From NCBI RefSeq assembly GCF_035594765.1, contig NW_026943820.1:18608647-18672646 (forward strand): 64,000 nt of DNA, given 5' to 3'. A program made the position numbers and the translations under genes. A model generated the notes under the pieces. That model did no database searches and was not told the origin of the DNA. It saw only the letters and a list, made by a program, of their open reading frames with translations. Source of the stretch: Anolis carolinensis (lineage: Eukaryota). Positions 1 through 12,818 of the stretch are shown in pieces (positions within the stretch are counted from its first letter, which is position 1; the number at the start of each line of letters is the position of its first letter).

Positions 1-513
1 GCATGTACTGTTGGTGACAAACATGCAATTAATCTGGACTTACTTGAGCATATACTTTGAAGTTTGTTGAGCAAAGAGGTATTAAATATCTTCTTGTACA
101 TACACACTTGGCTAGACAGCTTTCAAGCCAGCATGTATACCTTCAGGGACCATGGAGGGGAATGCAAGGAGATGCTAGAGAAATATGGGCCATATACCAG
201 CCAGAGAAGTTGGCCTTCATGGCTGGTTGGGAAAGAAGTCCAATCTAAGTGATTTCATGGTGTTACACTCCATAAGTATCGTGTAGTATTACAGTGCAGT
301 CCTTGTATGTCTGAGAAGTAAATCCAACTGGATATATTTTATATAGGTGCAGGATCACATCTCTAGTCTGGATAAAGTAAAAATAGCTATTCAAAAATCT
401 TGAAAAATCAGAACTCCCAAACTTCTGGCTCCAAGAACTTTGGGTAATAATAGTCAATCTGTACAGCCAAACACAGGACTTGTCACTGACTGTTTGCCCT
501 TCTTTGCACACAG

Positions 514-775
514 GGAAGTAAAGCCAGATGACCTAAGGGCAGCATTCTGCGCAATTGACCCGGGTCTTCCTGAGCAAACGCTTGACTCTTACATCTCTTG
601 GGCGTTCCAGCTTCCAAAGGAGCAACTGGATCCTTCTGAAACACTACATATAGATCTACTGATGCAAAGGCTTTTGAACGGAGATATTAGACGGCAAGAA
701 GTTGTTTCAGGGGATGCAAAGAATTTGCCCTCATCTGTCACAGGAGAAGAAACAGAGGCCTCTGTCAATGTCTAA
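514..775 (+). CDS. TSNAXIP1: Translin-associated factor X-interacting protein 1, terminal coding exon
   Basis: Acceptor tctttgcacacag at 513. Peptide ...AIDPGLPEQTLDSYISWAFQLP...DIRRQ resembles the mammalian C-terminus (TIDPSLDKQTVNTYMSQAFQLP...DIRR, from memory). Stop TAA 773-775; syntenic tail-to-tail with CENPT. Confidence 0.85.
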
Positions 776-2264
776 ATAGCCTATCTCCTTTCTCTCTTCT
801 GAACTTGATGGAGTAATTACATTTTAGTGAGTAGTGGCCTAGAATAAGCTTAGTCAACATAAGACCAACTGAAAAAGTGAGGCATAAAACAAAACTTCTG
901 CTAGAACAGTGCTTTGTGAACCCAAATGAGTAAGAGCTTTGTAGCATAAAACCAAATTGTTATAAATAACCCACTGGCGTGAGAGACGTATGACTTTAAA
1001 TTTCTGAGCCAGATTGTAATATTTCACAGAGGTAGCATATATTAAGACAGAGTGACAGGAAGATTAAAGGCTGCTCACACAAACTTAAATAACTTTTCTC
1101 CACAACTGGATGATGAAACCCTATACCATTTAAAAAGTGTACACTTTGTTTTGCTTTTCTAAGTTTCAGACCCATCATCAAATCTAAATAGATTCCAGGG
1201 CTACAAAATAGGGTTATTAAAAAAAACTTAAAAGTGAAAGTTACAAAAGAAGCTGCTTCCATAATTAGCCCCATGAAGTAAGAGACCCCAAAATTAGAAG
1301 CCAGATAGACACACAGAACTGTTTTAAATGCGTAGGCATTCCTTATTAGGATTTTCACATAAAATGTATTCAGTATATTTATCTCTGCCAAGTATAAACC
1401 TAGATTTAGTTCAATAGGCCAAGGTTGGCTCAGTAAGTGTTTGATACTGGCTAATTCATTGATTAGATTTAAATTGTCTTGCAGGCAAGTAGGGTTGATG
1501 TAAAGAGATATCAAGCTGTTATGTCTGACCAAATAAATGGATAGTGAGTGAATGTTGAGGGGAAAAGGCCAATTCCAATATTTTTGCTCCAGGAACTGTG
1601 TTTATGAAATACTTTGCAGAGAAAACTGTTATGAAGATTTGGGCCAGGAAATTAACTTGTGCTGATATGCAAAGCGGTGGTATGTTGTTGTTCTTGTTCA
1701 GTCAGTTACTTTGCAAAAGTGCTGCCATTCATGGGTTTTCTAAGTCAAGTAAATTTGAATTGTAAAGGAAATCTGAGTCTACTCGCTTTTAATGGTGCAA
1801 ATTTTTATTCATAAAGATAGACATTACACATTTAAGAGACTCGTTTTTTGTCTGCTTTAAGACTGCAGAAGCAGAGAAATATACCACTATATGTTTCACT
1901 TTAAAAAACCCAGAAACTAACAATAAATCCCGCCACCATCTTCCAAAAAGGACAAGGGACGGCTTACAAGCACGTAGTAGTGCAAAAATGACAAAATACA
2001 GTATAATACATATAACACTGTTAATTTACACAAAACCAATAATGTATGTATAAAACAGCATAAAAACCCTTCTAGTTATTGAGATAGAAATACTCAATAA
2101 AACACCGCAATAACTGCAGATTTACCTTAATATAATGCAATTTGTAAGCAAGATAGCATTTCTAAGATCCCTTCAAATATCAACTCATAACATTTCTGGA
2201 CCAGAGTTCTTTATCCCAAAATGGAAACAGTTTGTCTTCTGCAGAAGAGCATTTCACTGCTACT

Positions 2265-2394
2265 TCATTTTAGTTTTGGAGGTACTACTTTATTTCCACT
2301 AGTAGCAATAGGAAGCAACAGCTCTCTATACTCTAGAGGCATATGCTGCTCTATCAGTACATTTAAAGGTGTCTTCTCTGTGATCAGTCCTTGC
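2265..2394 (-). CDS. CENPT: CENP-T last exon (QGLITEKTPLNVLIEQHMPLEYRELLLPIATSGNKVVPPKLK*)
   Basis: Matches the CENP-T C-terminal extension (LPLEYRQLLIP..SGN); stop TGA 2265-2267. The 12 exons total 1410 nt, in frame. Confidence 0.95.
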
Positions 2395-3080
2395 CTAGAT
2401 AAAAAAGAGATTTGCAAGGGGGACATGTGAGTCGAATAGACACAGGATTTGCCTAAGTTCACTGATATTTGTTTGTTTACATCTGTAAATCAAAAGCCCT
2501 TCTATCAAAACCCACTATCAGGTGTAGATTGCAGCAACTTCTAAGTGAGCTAAATTTCTCTTAAGTGACAAGATAAGTCAACATAACAGGTTTGGACAGA
2601 AACAGCAGCTCTGAATCTAATATTGAGACACACTAGCCCACAAAACAGATATCTGTGCCCATTGGGCATACTATTCCAAAAGCCAGGACACATATGTTCA
2701 TACATGCAACCTGCATATTCTATTCTACTCCTCTCACCCACTGAACTCCAAAAGCAGCATGCTAACTAGAAGTCCTTTAACATCGAACTGTTTAAGTTTC
2801 CTTTTTGTTGCACACTTCATTTCTATTCAGCCTCAGTTTTCATTTCCTTATGAAATAATCCCAAGAAAGGTGAGGCTTTAATTTTCCTCAGACACATACA
2901 TACACAAAATGTGATGAAAAGGAAGCTAAGCCATAAAGACTTTGTGTTTCCAGTTATGAGTTGCTCCCTCCTTGTTGCTCAGTTCAATACCGTATGAAAA
3001 AGAATTGCCACAACATTCTTCCAGGTAGAACATGCCTTTTGTGGTATGCAATCTCCTGGAAGTCATAAACCACCTCTTAC

Positions 3081-3185
3081 CGTCTCATGAGAAGCTCCAT
3101 ATCGGCAGGCTCAGCAGTCTTGCGTCCAGCATGGTTTGCAAAGGCTTTCAGGTCATTACTCAGATGTTTAAAGTAAACGCTCACG
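3081..3185 (-). CDS. CENPT: CENP-T exon 11 (YFKHLSNDLKAFANHAGRKTAEPADMELLMRR)
   Basis: Diagnostic CENP-T/H4-like HAGRKT fold; ttttctag acceptor, CG|gtaaga donor. Confidence 0.95.
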
Positions 3186-3460
3186 CTAGAAAAGTGATGC
3201 TGAATGTCAGTTCTGCAGTTTTCAGACCGCACCCCTCACCAAGAAACTTGTCTGAACTGCATGGCCTCAACCAAACCAGGAGTCCCAGAAATACCTATTG
3301 CTTCAGGTGCTCAAGAGGTAAAAAGGTAAGACTCTAGAGTCAAGTTGTGAAGAAAAAAATGGCAGTACAACATCCTTCATATTGTATAGCCTGTGGCTCT
3401 GTTGATCAGCCTCTTCCCCCATACCATTAACTCATATGAAAGGGATTTTGCATTACTCAC

Positions 3461-3625
3461 CTCCTTTCAACAACCTTGAAAGCATCCTTGGAAACTGGCA
3501 CCTGCGCATAATGGCTAAATAAGTTTTTTATCAAGCTGCTGGGGAGTTCAGGCCCATCCTTTGTTCTGCGTGCTTTCCGAGATGGCATTGGAGCCCGTTT
3601 AACATTGTGCTGCTTCGGAGAAAGC
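3461..3625 (-). CDS. CENPT: CENP-T exon 10 (histone-fold start, LPSSLIKNLFSHYAQVPVSKDAFKVVER)
   Basis: AG|gtgagt donor; the only in-phase acceptor is tttggag; histone-fold helix 1. Confidence 0.88.
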
Positions 3626-4247
3626 CTCCAAATAATATAAAATAAGTTCAATACAAAAAGAATGTTGCAACAGAGGTGAAGAATCTGTGGTGTTTAAGAT
3701 ACCCTTGGACCCACCTCTCATCCTAGCCTGCATGGCCAATAGAGATGATGGAGGTTGGAGTCTTATCAAGAGCTGAAGGGCCACAGCTTCTTCATCCCTA
3801 CTGCACATGCATGGCATAACATTCAAATAAAAACTCAAGATGCATGATTCCCTTCCTCAGAGAAAATTCATACTATTATCACATTGCAATGTGACATCTC
3901 AGTGTCAACTTGCCTAGTTACCCAGCAGGTATACTTAGATACAGGTATAATGGCTTCTAGCACATTCGTAAGCAGATCTCCCAAAATGCTAGACAGGTAG
4001 TTTTTATTATAACCAGAGCCTTTGTGTCCGACAGCACTAGAAAATACCAACCCGCTGTTCTGATTTATTTATATTGTTGGTATGCTGGGTAGCTTGCAAG
4101 AACTTTGAAACAACTCAGAAACAACAGCCTGGCAAGAAAATATTTCTAAAGGGCCAGAGTTCTTCTGTAGTTGCTATGGTTTGGTCAATTAGAGAGATAC
4201 TTAGCAGACTCATTTTAACTTTATCAGCTGAAATCCCTTGCCTTCTG

Positions 4248-4393
4248 TGGCCCCTTCCACAGAGCTGTATAAAATCCCACATCTGCTTTGAACTGGGTTA
4301 TACGGCAGTGTAGACTCAGATAACCCAGTTCAAAGCAGATATTGTGGATTATCTGCCTTGATAGTGTGGGTTATATGGCTCTGTGGAAGGGCC
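4248..4393. mobile_element. Palindromic MITE (ggccccttccacag...ctgtggaagggcc)
   Basis: Terminal inverted repeats plus internal inverted ctgctttgaactggg; related sequence at ~39170-39320 and ~41840-42122. Confidence 0.7.
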
Positions 4394-4858
4394 TTCTGAG
4401 AGGAATTCCACCAAATTGCAATAGCTCAGAAAAGTCTGAAGACAAGTTCAGCATGTAAATAAGTTTTGCCTTTCACTGATTAAACCCAGCCATAGGTTCA
4501 TAACTATAATTTGAGAAAGGGATATCTGTTCAATGGAACTGATTTCCTGGAAAGAGACTGAATTCCAGTTTCCATTATGTTGGGAAGCTCACTATTCCAA
4601 AGCGCTGAAAGAAGCCCCATAGGAATCCAAGCATCCAAATGTGTGTTTCTTGACTGTTACAAAACAGTAGTACTCTTGCCATACTCAACTGATGTTTTTT
4701 ACTGGGATAATTGTTTTATTGCTTTGTTACTGTTATTTGTTTGTTTTATCGGGCCTGGCCCCATGTAAGCCGCCCCGAGTCCCTTCGGGGAGATGGGGCG
4801 GGGTATAAAAATAAAGTTATTATTATTATTATTGTATCCTACTGCATTGTGTACATAC

Positions 4859-4955
4859 CTGGAGGCATCCACTTTCAAAGCATGTGGGGTAGCCAACAAT
4901 GGGATGCAGTCAAAGGCTCTAGCATACACAAATGCTGGTGTCTTCCCAGTTGGAT
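4859..4955 (-). CDS. CENPT: CENP-T exon 9 (PTGKTPAFVYARAF...)
   Basis: tttctgtttccag acceptor, AG|gtatgt donor; KTPAFV motif; phase 1 to 2. Confidence 0.82.
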
Positions 4956-5351
4956 CTGGAAACAGAAACATATACTTGTGCATGCAATTGTAAGTAAAAA
5001 TTAAATACAAATCTTAGTGAGTCACAGCAAAAATTACTTGGATCTCCCTTGTTGTAGATAAGCTAGTACCATCCATCAAGTTACTGAAAGATTGGATTCT
5101 CGATGAATTTCCCAGAATCTGGATTCTCAGGATTGGGATAATGTAGCTATGAGATCCAGACAACAGAGCTTGAGTACAAATATATGAGAAATATGCAAAA
5201 TCTAAAGAATAGAGCTGTTTCTGACAAATTTCAAGAAAACTATATAAAAAATTATCTCTTCTCTGAACAGCTACAAAAATATTCTGTGCAGTCTAGCTAT
5301 ACATTTTAATTTGCTGCCATAAAAAACTATAGCCCCATCAAGTTTCCTCAC

Positions 5352-5513
5352 CAATATTCTCAAAGTCTGTTTCAGTATCAGTCATCTCCTCAGACTCAGG
5401 ATCCGTTTCAGCTTTATCTACCATTTGTGTTGCAGGTGGATTCTTCAGCTCCTTGGTATTCCTTCTGCTTACACAAGGAGTCTCAACTCTGGTACTTTGG
5501 GATATCTCATTAG
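5352..5513 (-). CDS. CENPT: CENP-T exon 8 (acidic linker)
   Basis: ccacag acceptor, G|gtgagg donor; 162 nt open, phase 1-1. Confidence 0.75.
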
Positions 5514-5880
5514 CTGTGGACCATATAATCACACAATTGCAATATGACACATTTTCAAAAAACACATATTTACAAACATTTTAAGAATTGCATAAAAGAG
5601 GTATACTGAAAAATGTACCTCTGAATTCAGTCTACACAAGAAAAAAAGAGTAATGGATATGCACCTTCTTGGCAGTGTTTTGTCTAATTTTGACTACTAA
5701 GCTTAAGCCAACCATGGCTCACATGTTCTTGGTGAGCTTTTCAGACAACATTCCTTTTTATAAAGAGGTTGGGGAGGGAAGCCAGATGTCCTAAGCAGCC
5801 TCCAGAAAGCCTCCCCATATTTCATCAAAAGGCATGAAAAGATCCAATATCCCTTCTCAGTTCTACTGCAAAGAACTTAC

Positions 5881-6075
5881 CAGTGTCCAGATGCATTTTG
5901 GAACTATTCTCAGGAGTAGGAGACCTTTCTTGGAAATCAGCCTGAGAAGGCACAATGGAAGCCTCTTCTCCATCCTGCCCACTGAGTTGAGGCTGGGAAA
6001 AGAGCTTTGTGGCAACTGAAAGCATCTCAGTGTCATTTACCAGAGTTGTCAGAGAGTCCAAGAGATCACTTTGTG
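5881..6075 (-). CDS. CENPT: CENP-T exon 7
   Basis: ttccaacag acceptor, G|gtaagt donor; 195 nt open; TKLFSQP resembles human TQPFSQP. Confidence 0.85.
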
Positions 6076-6252
6076 CTGTTGGAAACATTTCAAGAAGAGA
6101 TAACAGCTTGAAATGGTGACATTAAACCATGCACTGACCCATTTCACACAAACACTCTAAGAATGTCAAAACCTCTATTTCTATCTTTAGAAGATTAGTT
6201 ATTGCTACGCAAATACACATATGCATGACAGGCTGTGAGAAAGCGAACTCAC

Positions 6253-6398
6253 ATTCTTTATCATGCTGCAAGTTTTCATCAATGCCTCCTTGAAAATCCG
6301 TCACATTAAGGCTTCTGTAATTTTTTGGCCGACGGGTCAAACCCTTTTTTTCAGCCGGCTCCAATGGTGCTGGGGTTTTAAAAGATACCTGAAGAGAC
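6253..6398 (-). CDS. CENPT: CENP-T exon 6 (SLQVSFKTP...GLTRRPKNYRSLNV; Mis12C-binding region)
   Basis: ttctcag acceptor, T|gtgagt donor; GLTRRP resembles human GLARRP. Confidence 0.88.
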
Positions 6399-7389
6399 CT
6401 GAGAACATAATCCACAAAGAGATCCTTAGTATGTAGCACTATGGATTAAATCTCTTAGAATGACATTTACATCAGTACTGTTCCTGCACCTTTTGTTTTC
6501 CCCACTGAATCTTTATGAAGCAGTTTTCAAATCACTGCACCAACGCATCCCAGGTTTCTTAACTATGCCCCAACCAGGTCCAGGAATCTTGCAACACAGA
6601 AAAGTTCCTCCCATCCGCTCAAATAAATTGAAAGAAGAAACAATGGTATAAAGACGAATACACTACAGATTAACACCAAAAAAAATCTGCTAAAGAATGA
6701 ATTTGACTAAAAGACATGGAGCACTGAAGTTCTTTCAAATAGCAAACATTACGAAACACTCCTTGTGGTAAGAACTGTCCCACATCTGGATGTTCAGGAC
6801 TCTCAACCAAAATTATAAAACAGATGTGTCAAACACAACTTAAGCATGAGACTATTTCTTGTCTATGCAGGTTGTAGGCAGAAATGTCTAAAATCAGGTG
6901 CTAAAAGTCTCTCTGGTGTAATTAGCATACAGTGCAAGAAATAAAACATCTTTCTCTTTTAACTCTACTGAGTTAAAAAAGAAAAAGTCATATGCAGCAG
7001 GATATTATTCATACATATATGTCACATTTAAATAATTCTCCAAGCTTTAGGAACATGCTGTGGCAGTCTTCTCATGTGTCCTCACTCTATCCCCTTTCCA
7101 TGCTCAAGACAAGGAGGTAATTGTAAGTGCTTGCTTCTCACCTGGTCCCCTCATCTGAATGGCAAAGGAGAGAGTGGGACCTTAAGGTTTACAGAAATTT
7201 ATTCCTATACCTCAATACATTATGAGAACAGTCTTACTAAACATGTATCTAAGTACTGTATTTTCAAAACTTCTACCAACATTTGTAATGGTTCAATCCA
7301 TTCCTCTCCACAATACTTTTATTTACAGTGTTCAAAGATGAAATATAACTTTGTCACAGTTACAAATTGCTTTCTCCCTTTTGGCTTAC

Positions 7390-7423
7390 TTTGTCAGGGA
7401 TGTGTTTTCCAGTGCTGAATGAG
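7390..7423 (-). CDS. CENPT: CENP-T exon 5 (34 nt, HSALENTSLTK)
   Basis: ccttcctttccag acceptor, AA|gtaagc donor; joins to give SLTKSLQVSFKTP, resembling human SLTRSLNLTFATP. Confidence 0.8.
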
Positions 7424-8055
7424 CTGGAAAGGAAGGGCAAAACACTTATTAGATGGCAATGTCAAAGAATCTTTAAGTTCCATGTTAAGCATACTTAAAA
7501 TAAAAGTGAACTTACCTGTACTTTTGTACATTCGCCGGGGTATGGGGCGCAAGAACATCATGGAAAAAAGGTAAATACTGTAAAATGAGAGCACCCCCTC
7601 TCCATTTTGTGGTGAGCATGAGAAATGGTCGATGGATTCCAAAGCCAGAATCCAGGGCTATGTACCCATTCACAAAGGGGGGGGGGGGAATCACTCTTGC
7701 TATCATGCTCACGTTACAATAATGGGGCTGTACTGTAAACATTTAAACAGCATTCCTGTCCTCAAGAGATGGACCCAGTGGGGGAGTCATCACTGTTGTG
7801 GCCATGGTGATTTCTGCTTGTGAAAAATCAAATGTGGGGATGTAAAACCCATAAATGTGAAAGGCCAACCATTTTTGCACTGAATAATTCTCTAACTGGT
7901 CTACTTCTATTTGCTTTTCCTTAGTTTCATAGGATTCCCAGGGCCAACTCACTTTCAATTTATTTAATTTTACTTAAGCAGCACAACTGTGTTGTCTGTC
8001 TGGCCATTGCCTGGACACTGCAGAAACATGGAAATTATCACACTACACTTTAAAG

Positions 8056-8177
8056 TAGTAGTTCTCAATCTGTTTTGGCCTTCAACTTCCAGAAACCCTA
8101 ACAGCTAGTAAACTGGCTGGGATTTCTGGGAGTTGTAGGCCAAAACACCTGGGGACCCCATAGATTGAGAACCATTG
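8056..8177. mobile_element. hAT-type MITE, 8-bp TSD ctttaaag
   Basis: TIRs and identical 8-bp flanks; same family as 20559-20692, 26800-26934 and 27847-27975. Confidence 0.85.
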
Positions 8178-8627
8178 CTTTAAAGAGTAACTATTCCACT
8201 TTAAATTCTGTGGCTGCCTCCTGCAGAATTCTGAGGTTTGCAGTTTAATGAGACCCAGGAACCATCTGGCTAAGAATTTTAAAGGCCCTTCCCTAAACTA
8301 CAAATGCCAGAATTTCAGAGGTAGCCACAGAATTTGAAGTGGGATAGCAACTCTTCAACACACTAAATCAGCAACTTTTGTTGAACATTTCAAAATACAG
8401 TTTAGGCATTGTAAGCTGCCAAACTGGGAGGCAGGAGAAGGAAATCAATGGCTCTTGCTTTTTAAGTTTCCTTCCCCAGTTACCTTAGATAAGGGGCGAT
8501 AACCTACCAGCATTTGAAGGCCACACTCACCCGTCAGAGAGTCTCTGTATGGTAGCACATCCCATAATACAATTAATAAAATGTTAGGATTTCCAAGTTC
8601 ACCCTGGCTTTCAAAGCTCTTACTCAC

Positions 8628-8743
8628 CAACTGAGTTATCCACACCTCTCGCAAACAGACTAATCCTTTTCGACACAGGTCTGCGTGGAGCAGAATCAAA
8701 GTTCTCTTTATTAGGAGAGTCAGGTGAACTGGTTTTTAAGTTA
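8628..8743 (-). CDS. CENPT: CENP-T exon 4 (NLKTSSPDSP...RISLFARGVDNSV)
   Basis: catctttttag acceptor in phase 2, G|gtgagt donor; RISLFARGVD resembles human RLSVFQQGVD. Confidence 0.8.
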
Positions 8744-9444
8744 CTAAAAAGATGACAAGACAGGTCTTCAATACCAAGTGAGAGTAGAATGGACTTTTCA
8801 AACAAGCATGCTAACTTCCCCTACCCTCTATGGAAATAGGAACCTGTCTTCACAGGGTTTGAGAAAACTGAAGTGCCAATTTAAAGCATGTTTCCTCCAA
8901 AGCCAAGCTTATGTTTTATTTCCCCTAATGACCTGTTTACTTTCCATCAAAGAAGCCTGGCAAGCAATTGCCTGCTATGGCAATCTCTCAGAGCTCCAAG
9001 CATCTGTTGTACATTTGCCATTGAGTTACTGCTAGAACAACCTTCTTCCTTTCCTGTTTCTCACTAAAATTTCTATTACTCAAAATGACTTGTAAATTGT
9101 GTTCATCCCTCTTTTGAAATAACAGAATAATTTTCCTATTCTTGCACACAGTATCAACACAACACTTGAGCAAACCTGTTTAAGCAAATATGCAATGTTA
9201 CTCATAAAGTTAAACAGAAATAAGTTAATTAAGACTAAATTCAAAACTGGAAATTTTTAAAACTTCCTGCCAATACAAGAAAAAAAATTAAGAGTCTTCA
9301 GTATTTTGCATTACATAGAGCAGCAGTTTTACAATATGGTACCAAGTCTCTTTTCTTATTAATTTCAGAAGGATTTTCCCAAGTAAATAGCTTTAGGATT
9401 ATCATCTTAATCATGGCTTATTTGAACAGAAGGTAACTACTTAC

Positions 9445-9538
9445 CCGCAGGGACTATGCCCCAAAGGTAAATGCAAGACTGAGTCCACAGGCTGGGAACA
9501 TCTGGGTTTTGCAGGAACAAAGGGGGAAATGATTGGCC
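9445..9538 (-). CDS. CENPT: CENP-T exon 3
   Basis: ttttgacag acceptor, GG|gtaagt donor; phase 1 to 2, open frame. Confidence 0.8.
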
Positions 9539-9979
9539 CTGTCAAAAGAGCCCAACAATTTTTAACGTAATATCTGAACAAATTAAATGCTTAGCAAGAA
9601 ATTGAGTTAAATCACCATTCCTACTTGCACTTCTAAAACGAAATACTTATTTATGTTACTGTCTTAGGAAGGAAGGCGAACTCAACTTGAGTTCTGCTCC
9701 TAAACAAGGGTCACATCATTTCCATCATTTCCAAAAGAGCTGAGCAAAAATTCTATTTGTGCTGCAATTGACCTTTCTGCATCTTCCCCCTGCTTCTCCT
9801 ATCCATTGACAATACAGATTACATGTCATCTATATGTGGAAGGAGGAAATCATGTGTAGTTTGAATATGATTCCAGTATAAAAACTGTTGTTGCCCAATC
9901 CCCCTTTATTATCCGGGTAACGCTAAGGCTCTTCCTCCAAAAACCCAGTATGATAAAATTTCTGTACTTTGTAATTCTC

Positions 9980-9981
9980 TA

Positions 9982-10031
<50 letters not shown>
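9980..10031. repeat. (AAT)n microsatellite; similar (TTA)n tracts at ~12779-12818, 41477-41548 and 54861-54920
   Basis: Seen directly. Confidence 0.95.
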
Positions 10032-10327
10032 TCTTACCCCCTTCTCTTCATGGCTTCAAGGGTTACAAAACAATTAAAATACATAAACAAGCAAAACATT
10101 ACAAATACACACAAATTCTAGTAACTACCTCAGCTATCTTATGTTTTACCTGCAAGCAAGAGAGCCAAATGTTTTCTATGTCTTTTTTAGATATATGTTT
10201 TATACCAAGTGACTCATTTGAGAATAGCAGTGTGATCTTCTTTATACATTGTAAACACATTCCTCCTGTTTTTTCACTTAAGCTCCACACCTTTCCATTA
10301 CCCACATATATTCTTTCTCCTACTTAC

Positions 10328-10418
10328 GAGTCTGCAGCACTTTCTTGAATAGAAACCGCGGCGATGCGACATCCAAATCCATGGAAGTGGTGGGTCTTTG
10401 GTAACTGAACGGGAGGTC
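10328..10418 (-). CDS. CENPT: CENP-T exon 2 (DLPFSYQRPTTSMDLDVASPRFLFKKVLQT; Ndc80/Spc24-25-binding motif)
   Basis: ttctccag acceptor, C|gtaagt donor; SPRFLFKKVLQT resembles human TPRTLLKNILLT. Confidence 0.85.
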
Positions 10419-11177
10419 CTGGAGAAATAAGAAGTCACAAATATTGGAGGCAGATAGGAGCTGCAAACACCTATGGCGTTAACCTTGGAATTTTTTAAAG
10501 CATATATTCAGTACAAACATTAATACACTAACTCCTATTATCTCTGGCAAAGTAAAATATAAATATACTGTATATTAACATGGTGCCGCTGAATACTTTT
10601 CCACTCATAACAATGCCAGCATATTTCACTTCTCACTACAATCTCTGTGAAACAGATATTTGCCAAAGAGTGGGTGAAAGAGATTCCTGGTTAGCAAATG
10701 ACACTTCCGTTTTATCTGTTCACAGTTCTTTTAATCCAAAGGCGAGCTCTAAAGTTTAAGTATTAATATATTATTTATTTCCATCATTTCTATCTCGCCC
10801 TTCTCACCCGAAGGGACTTAGGGCGGTTTACAAAACTGGCAGAATTCGATGCCAGCTTACACTTAGGTGGCCATTGATTAATGCACAGCGCAACAACTCC
10901 ATTCTGATCTGCAAGTCTATTAATCATATGTCTAGATATATCTCCAGTTAGAAAAGACGCAAATAACTGTTTCTGATTAGATCTAATCTACTGGTGCCAA
11001 CTCACACTTCTGAGTTCCCATGTTGTTGTGAAAAATAAGAAATCGCTCCTGCATATTATATAACAAAATTGCCCATTTACCTTTGAAACTATTTCTGGTT
11101 TGAGATGAAAATATGTGGATTATGTTCATTACATAGCAGGGTAACTCTTTTTGCATGGGGTACTTTGCTTATAATTA

Positions 11178-11950
11178 CATTAGAGTCTCACTTATCCAAC
11201 ACTTGCTTATCCAACGTTCTGGATTATCCAACACATTTTTGTAGTCAATGTTTTCAATATATCGTGATATTTTGGTGTAAATTTGTAAATACAGTAATTA
11301 CTGTAAATACATTAATTACAAGCACCCACCCTGGCTTCCTTCAAAAACCTGCTTAAAACCTGGCTCTTCTGCTGCGCCTTTGGATAACCGAGCCCATAGC
11401 TATAGTAGTTGCACAGGCCATCTCTTTGACTTGAAACACTGCACTTTATTCCTCTGCCCCAAAGCATCTTAGAATATAACATTGTATTTTAGTTCTAGTG
11501 GTCCCTCCAGGCCATCCTCTTCTCCATCCCAGTGGTCTTTTTTTCTTTTCAGATTCATATGTTATTTGAGTGATTATATTCCTTCTGTTTATGTGAGTGT
11601 TTTAGTCAATTGTTATGTTTTGTTTTTAATTCTTATAGCGTTTTATAGTGTTTTCAGTGTTTTATTGTACAATGTTTTATGCTGATTTTATATTGGAAAC
11701 CGCCCTGAGTCCCTTTTGGGAGAGAGGGCGGTATACAAATAAACTTTTACTTACTTACTTACTTACTAACTAACTACATAGCATTATTGTGTATTGAACT
11801 ACTTTTTCTGTCAAATTTGTTGTATAACATGATGTTTTGGTGCTTAATTTGTAAAATCATAACCTAATTTGATGTTTAATAGGCTTTTCCTTAATGCCTC
11901 CTTATTATCCAACATATTCGCTTATCCAACGTTCTGCCAGCCCATTTATG
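11178..11950. mobile_element. Tc1/pogo-type MITE (agagtctcacttatccaac family) interrupted by a retroelement 3' fragment
   Basis: Family sequence at 11178-11320 resumes at ~11770. Confidence 0.75.
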
Positions 11951-12162
11951 TTTTTGAACTGCTATGTTGGCAGAAGCTGGGCCTAACAGTAGGAGCTCAC
12001 CTCGCTCCTCGGATTCGAACCGCCAACCTTTTGGTCTGGATAACTGTATTCTGTGGGGAAAAGATGCATTCTTTTTAATTGAATGGGGTAGAATATTGAG
12101 GCTAGAACAGGCCTGGGCAAGCTTGGGCCCTCTCTCTCCCCTCCAGGTGTTTTGGACTTCAA

Positions 12163-12818
12163 CCAGGGTCAACCCCCCTGTTCAAGCAGCTCCACTGGCT
12201 GCCGATTATATTCCGGGCCCAATTTAAGGTGCAGGTTATTACCTATAAAGCTCTAAACGGTTCGGGACCTGCCTATCTTTGTGACCGCGTCGTCCCCTAT
12301 GAACCCACCTGGTCGCTGAGATCTTCCGGGGAGGCCCTCCTCTTGCTTCCACCCTCCACACAACTTCGTTTGGTGGGGACGAGAGAGAGAGGGGGGGGGG
12401 CTTCTCGGCCATGGCTCCCTGACTCTGGAACTCCCTCCCCAGGGAGATTAGGTTGGCTCCCTCTCTACCTTCCTTCAGGAAACAACTGAAGACTTGGATG
12501 TTTCAGCAGGCCTTTGGAGATACAGTCATTAATTAATCAGCCCCAGAGGGTTTTTAATAATCTATCCCATTTTTATTACAATTTTACCATTTATGTGTTT
12601 TAAATGCAATTTTTATCCTGTATTTTTGTTTTAATTGATATATTGTATTACTGTTTTATCTTTTTATAGTGTGATTTGTATTTGTTGCCTATGTTTTGTT
12701 CTATGTTGTTTGGGCCTCTGCCCCATGTAAGCCGCCCCGAGTCCCCACGGGGAGATGGTGGCGGGATACAAATAAAGTTTTATTATTATTATTATTACTA
12801 TTATTATTATTATTATTA
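12163..12818 (+). mobile_element. L2-clade LINE 3' fragment with (TTA)n tail, nested in a hAT MITE (12108-12920)
   Basis: LHWLP...FKVQVITYKALNGSGPAYL...PYEPTWSLRSS, typical of the L2 ORF2 C-terminus; ttcaac duplicated at the junctions. Confidence 0.8.

Noticed and set aside
996-1532. 178-aa minus-strand ORF between TSNAXIP1 and CENPT
   Set aside because: Non-ATG start, AT-rich, no recognisable domain or splice context; probably chance or a decayed repeat.
8744-8805. Apparent non-canonical or out-of-phase acceptor for CENPT exon 4 (at IEDL)
   Set aside because: A canonical in-phase acceptor (catctttttag, exon start 8743) resolves the frame.
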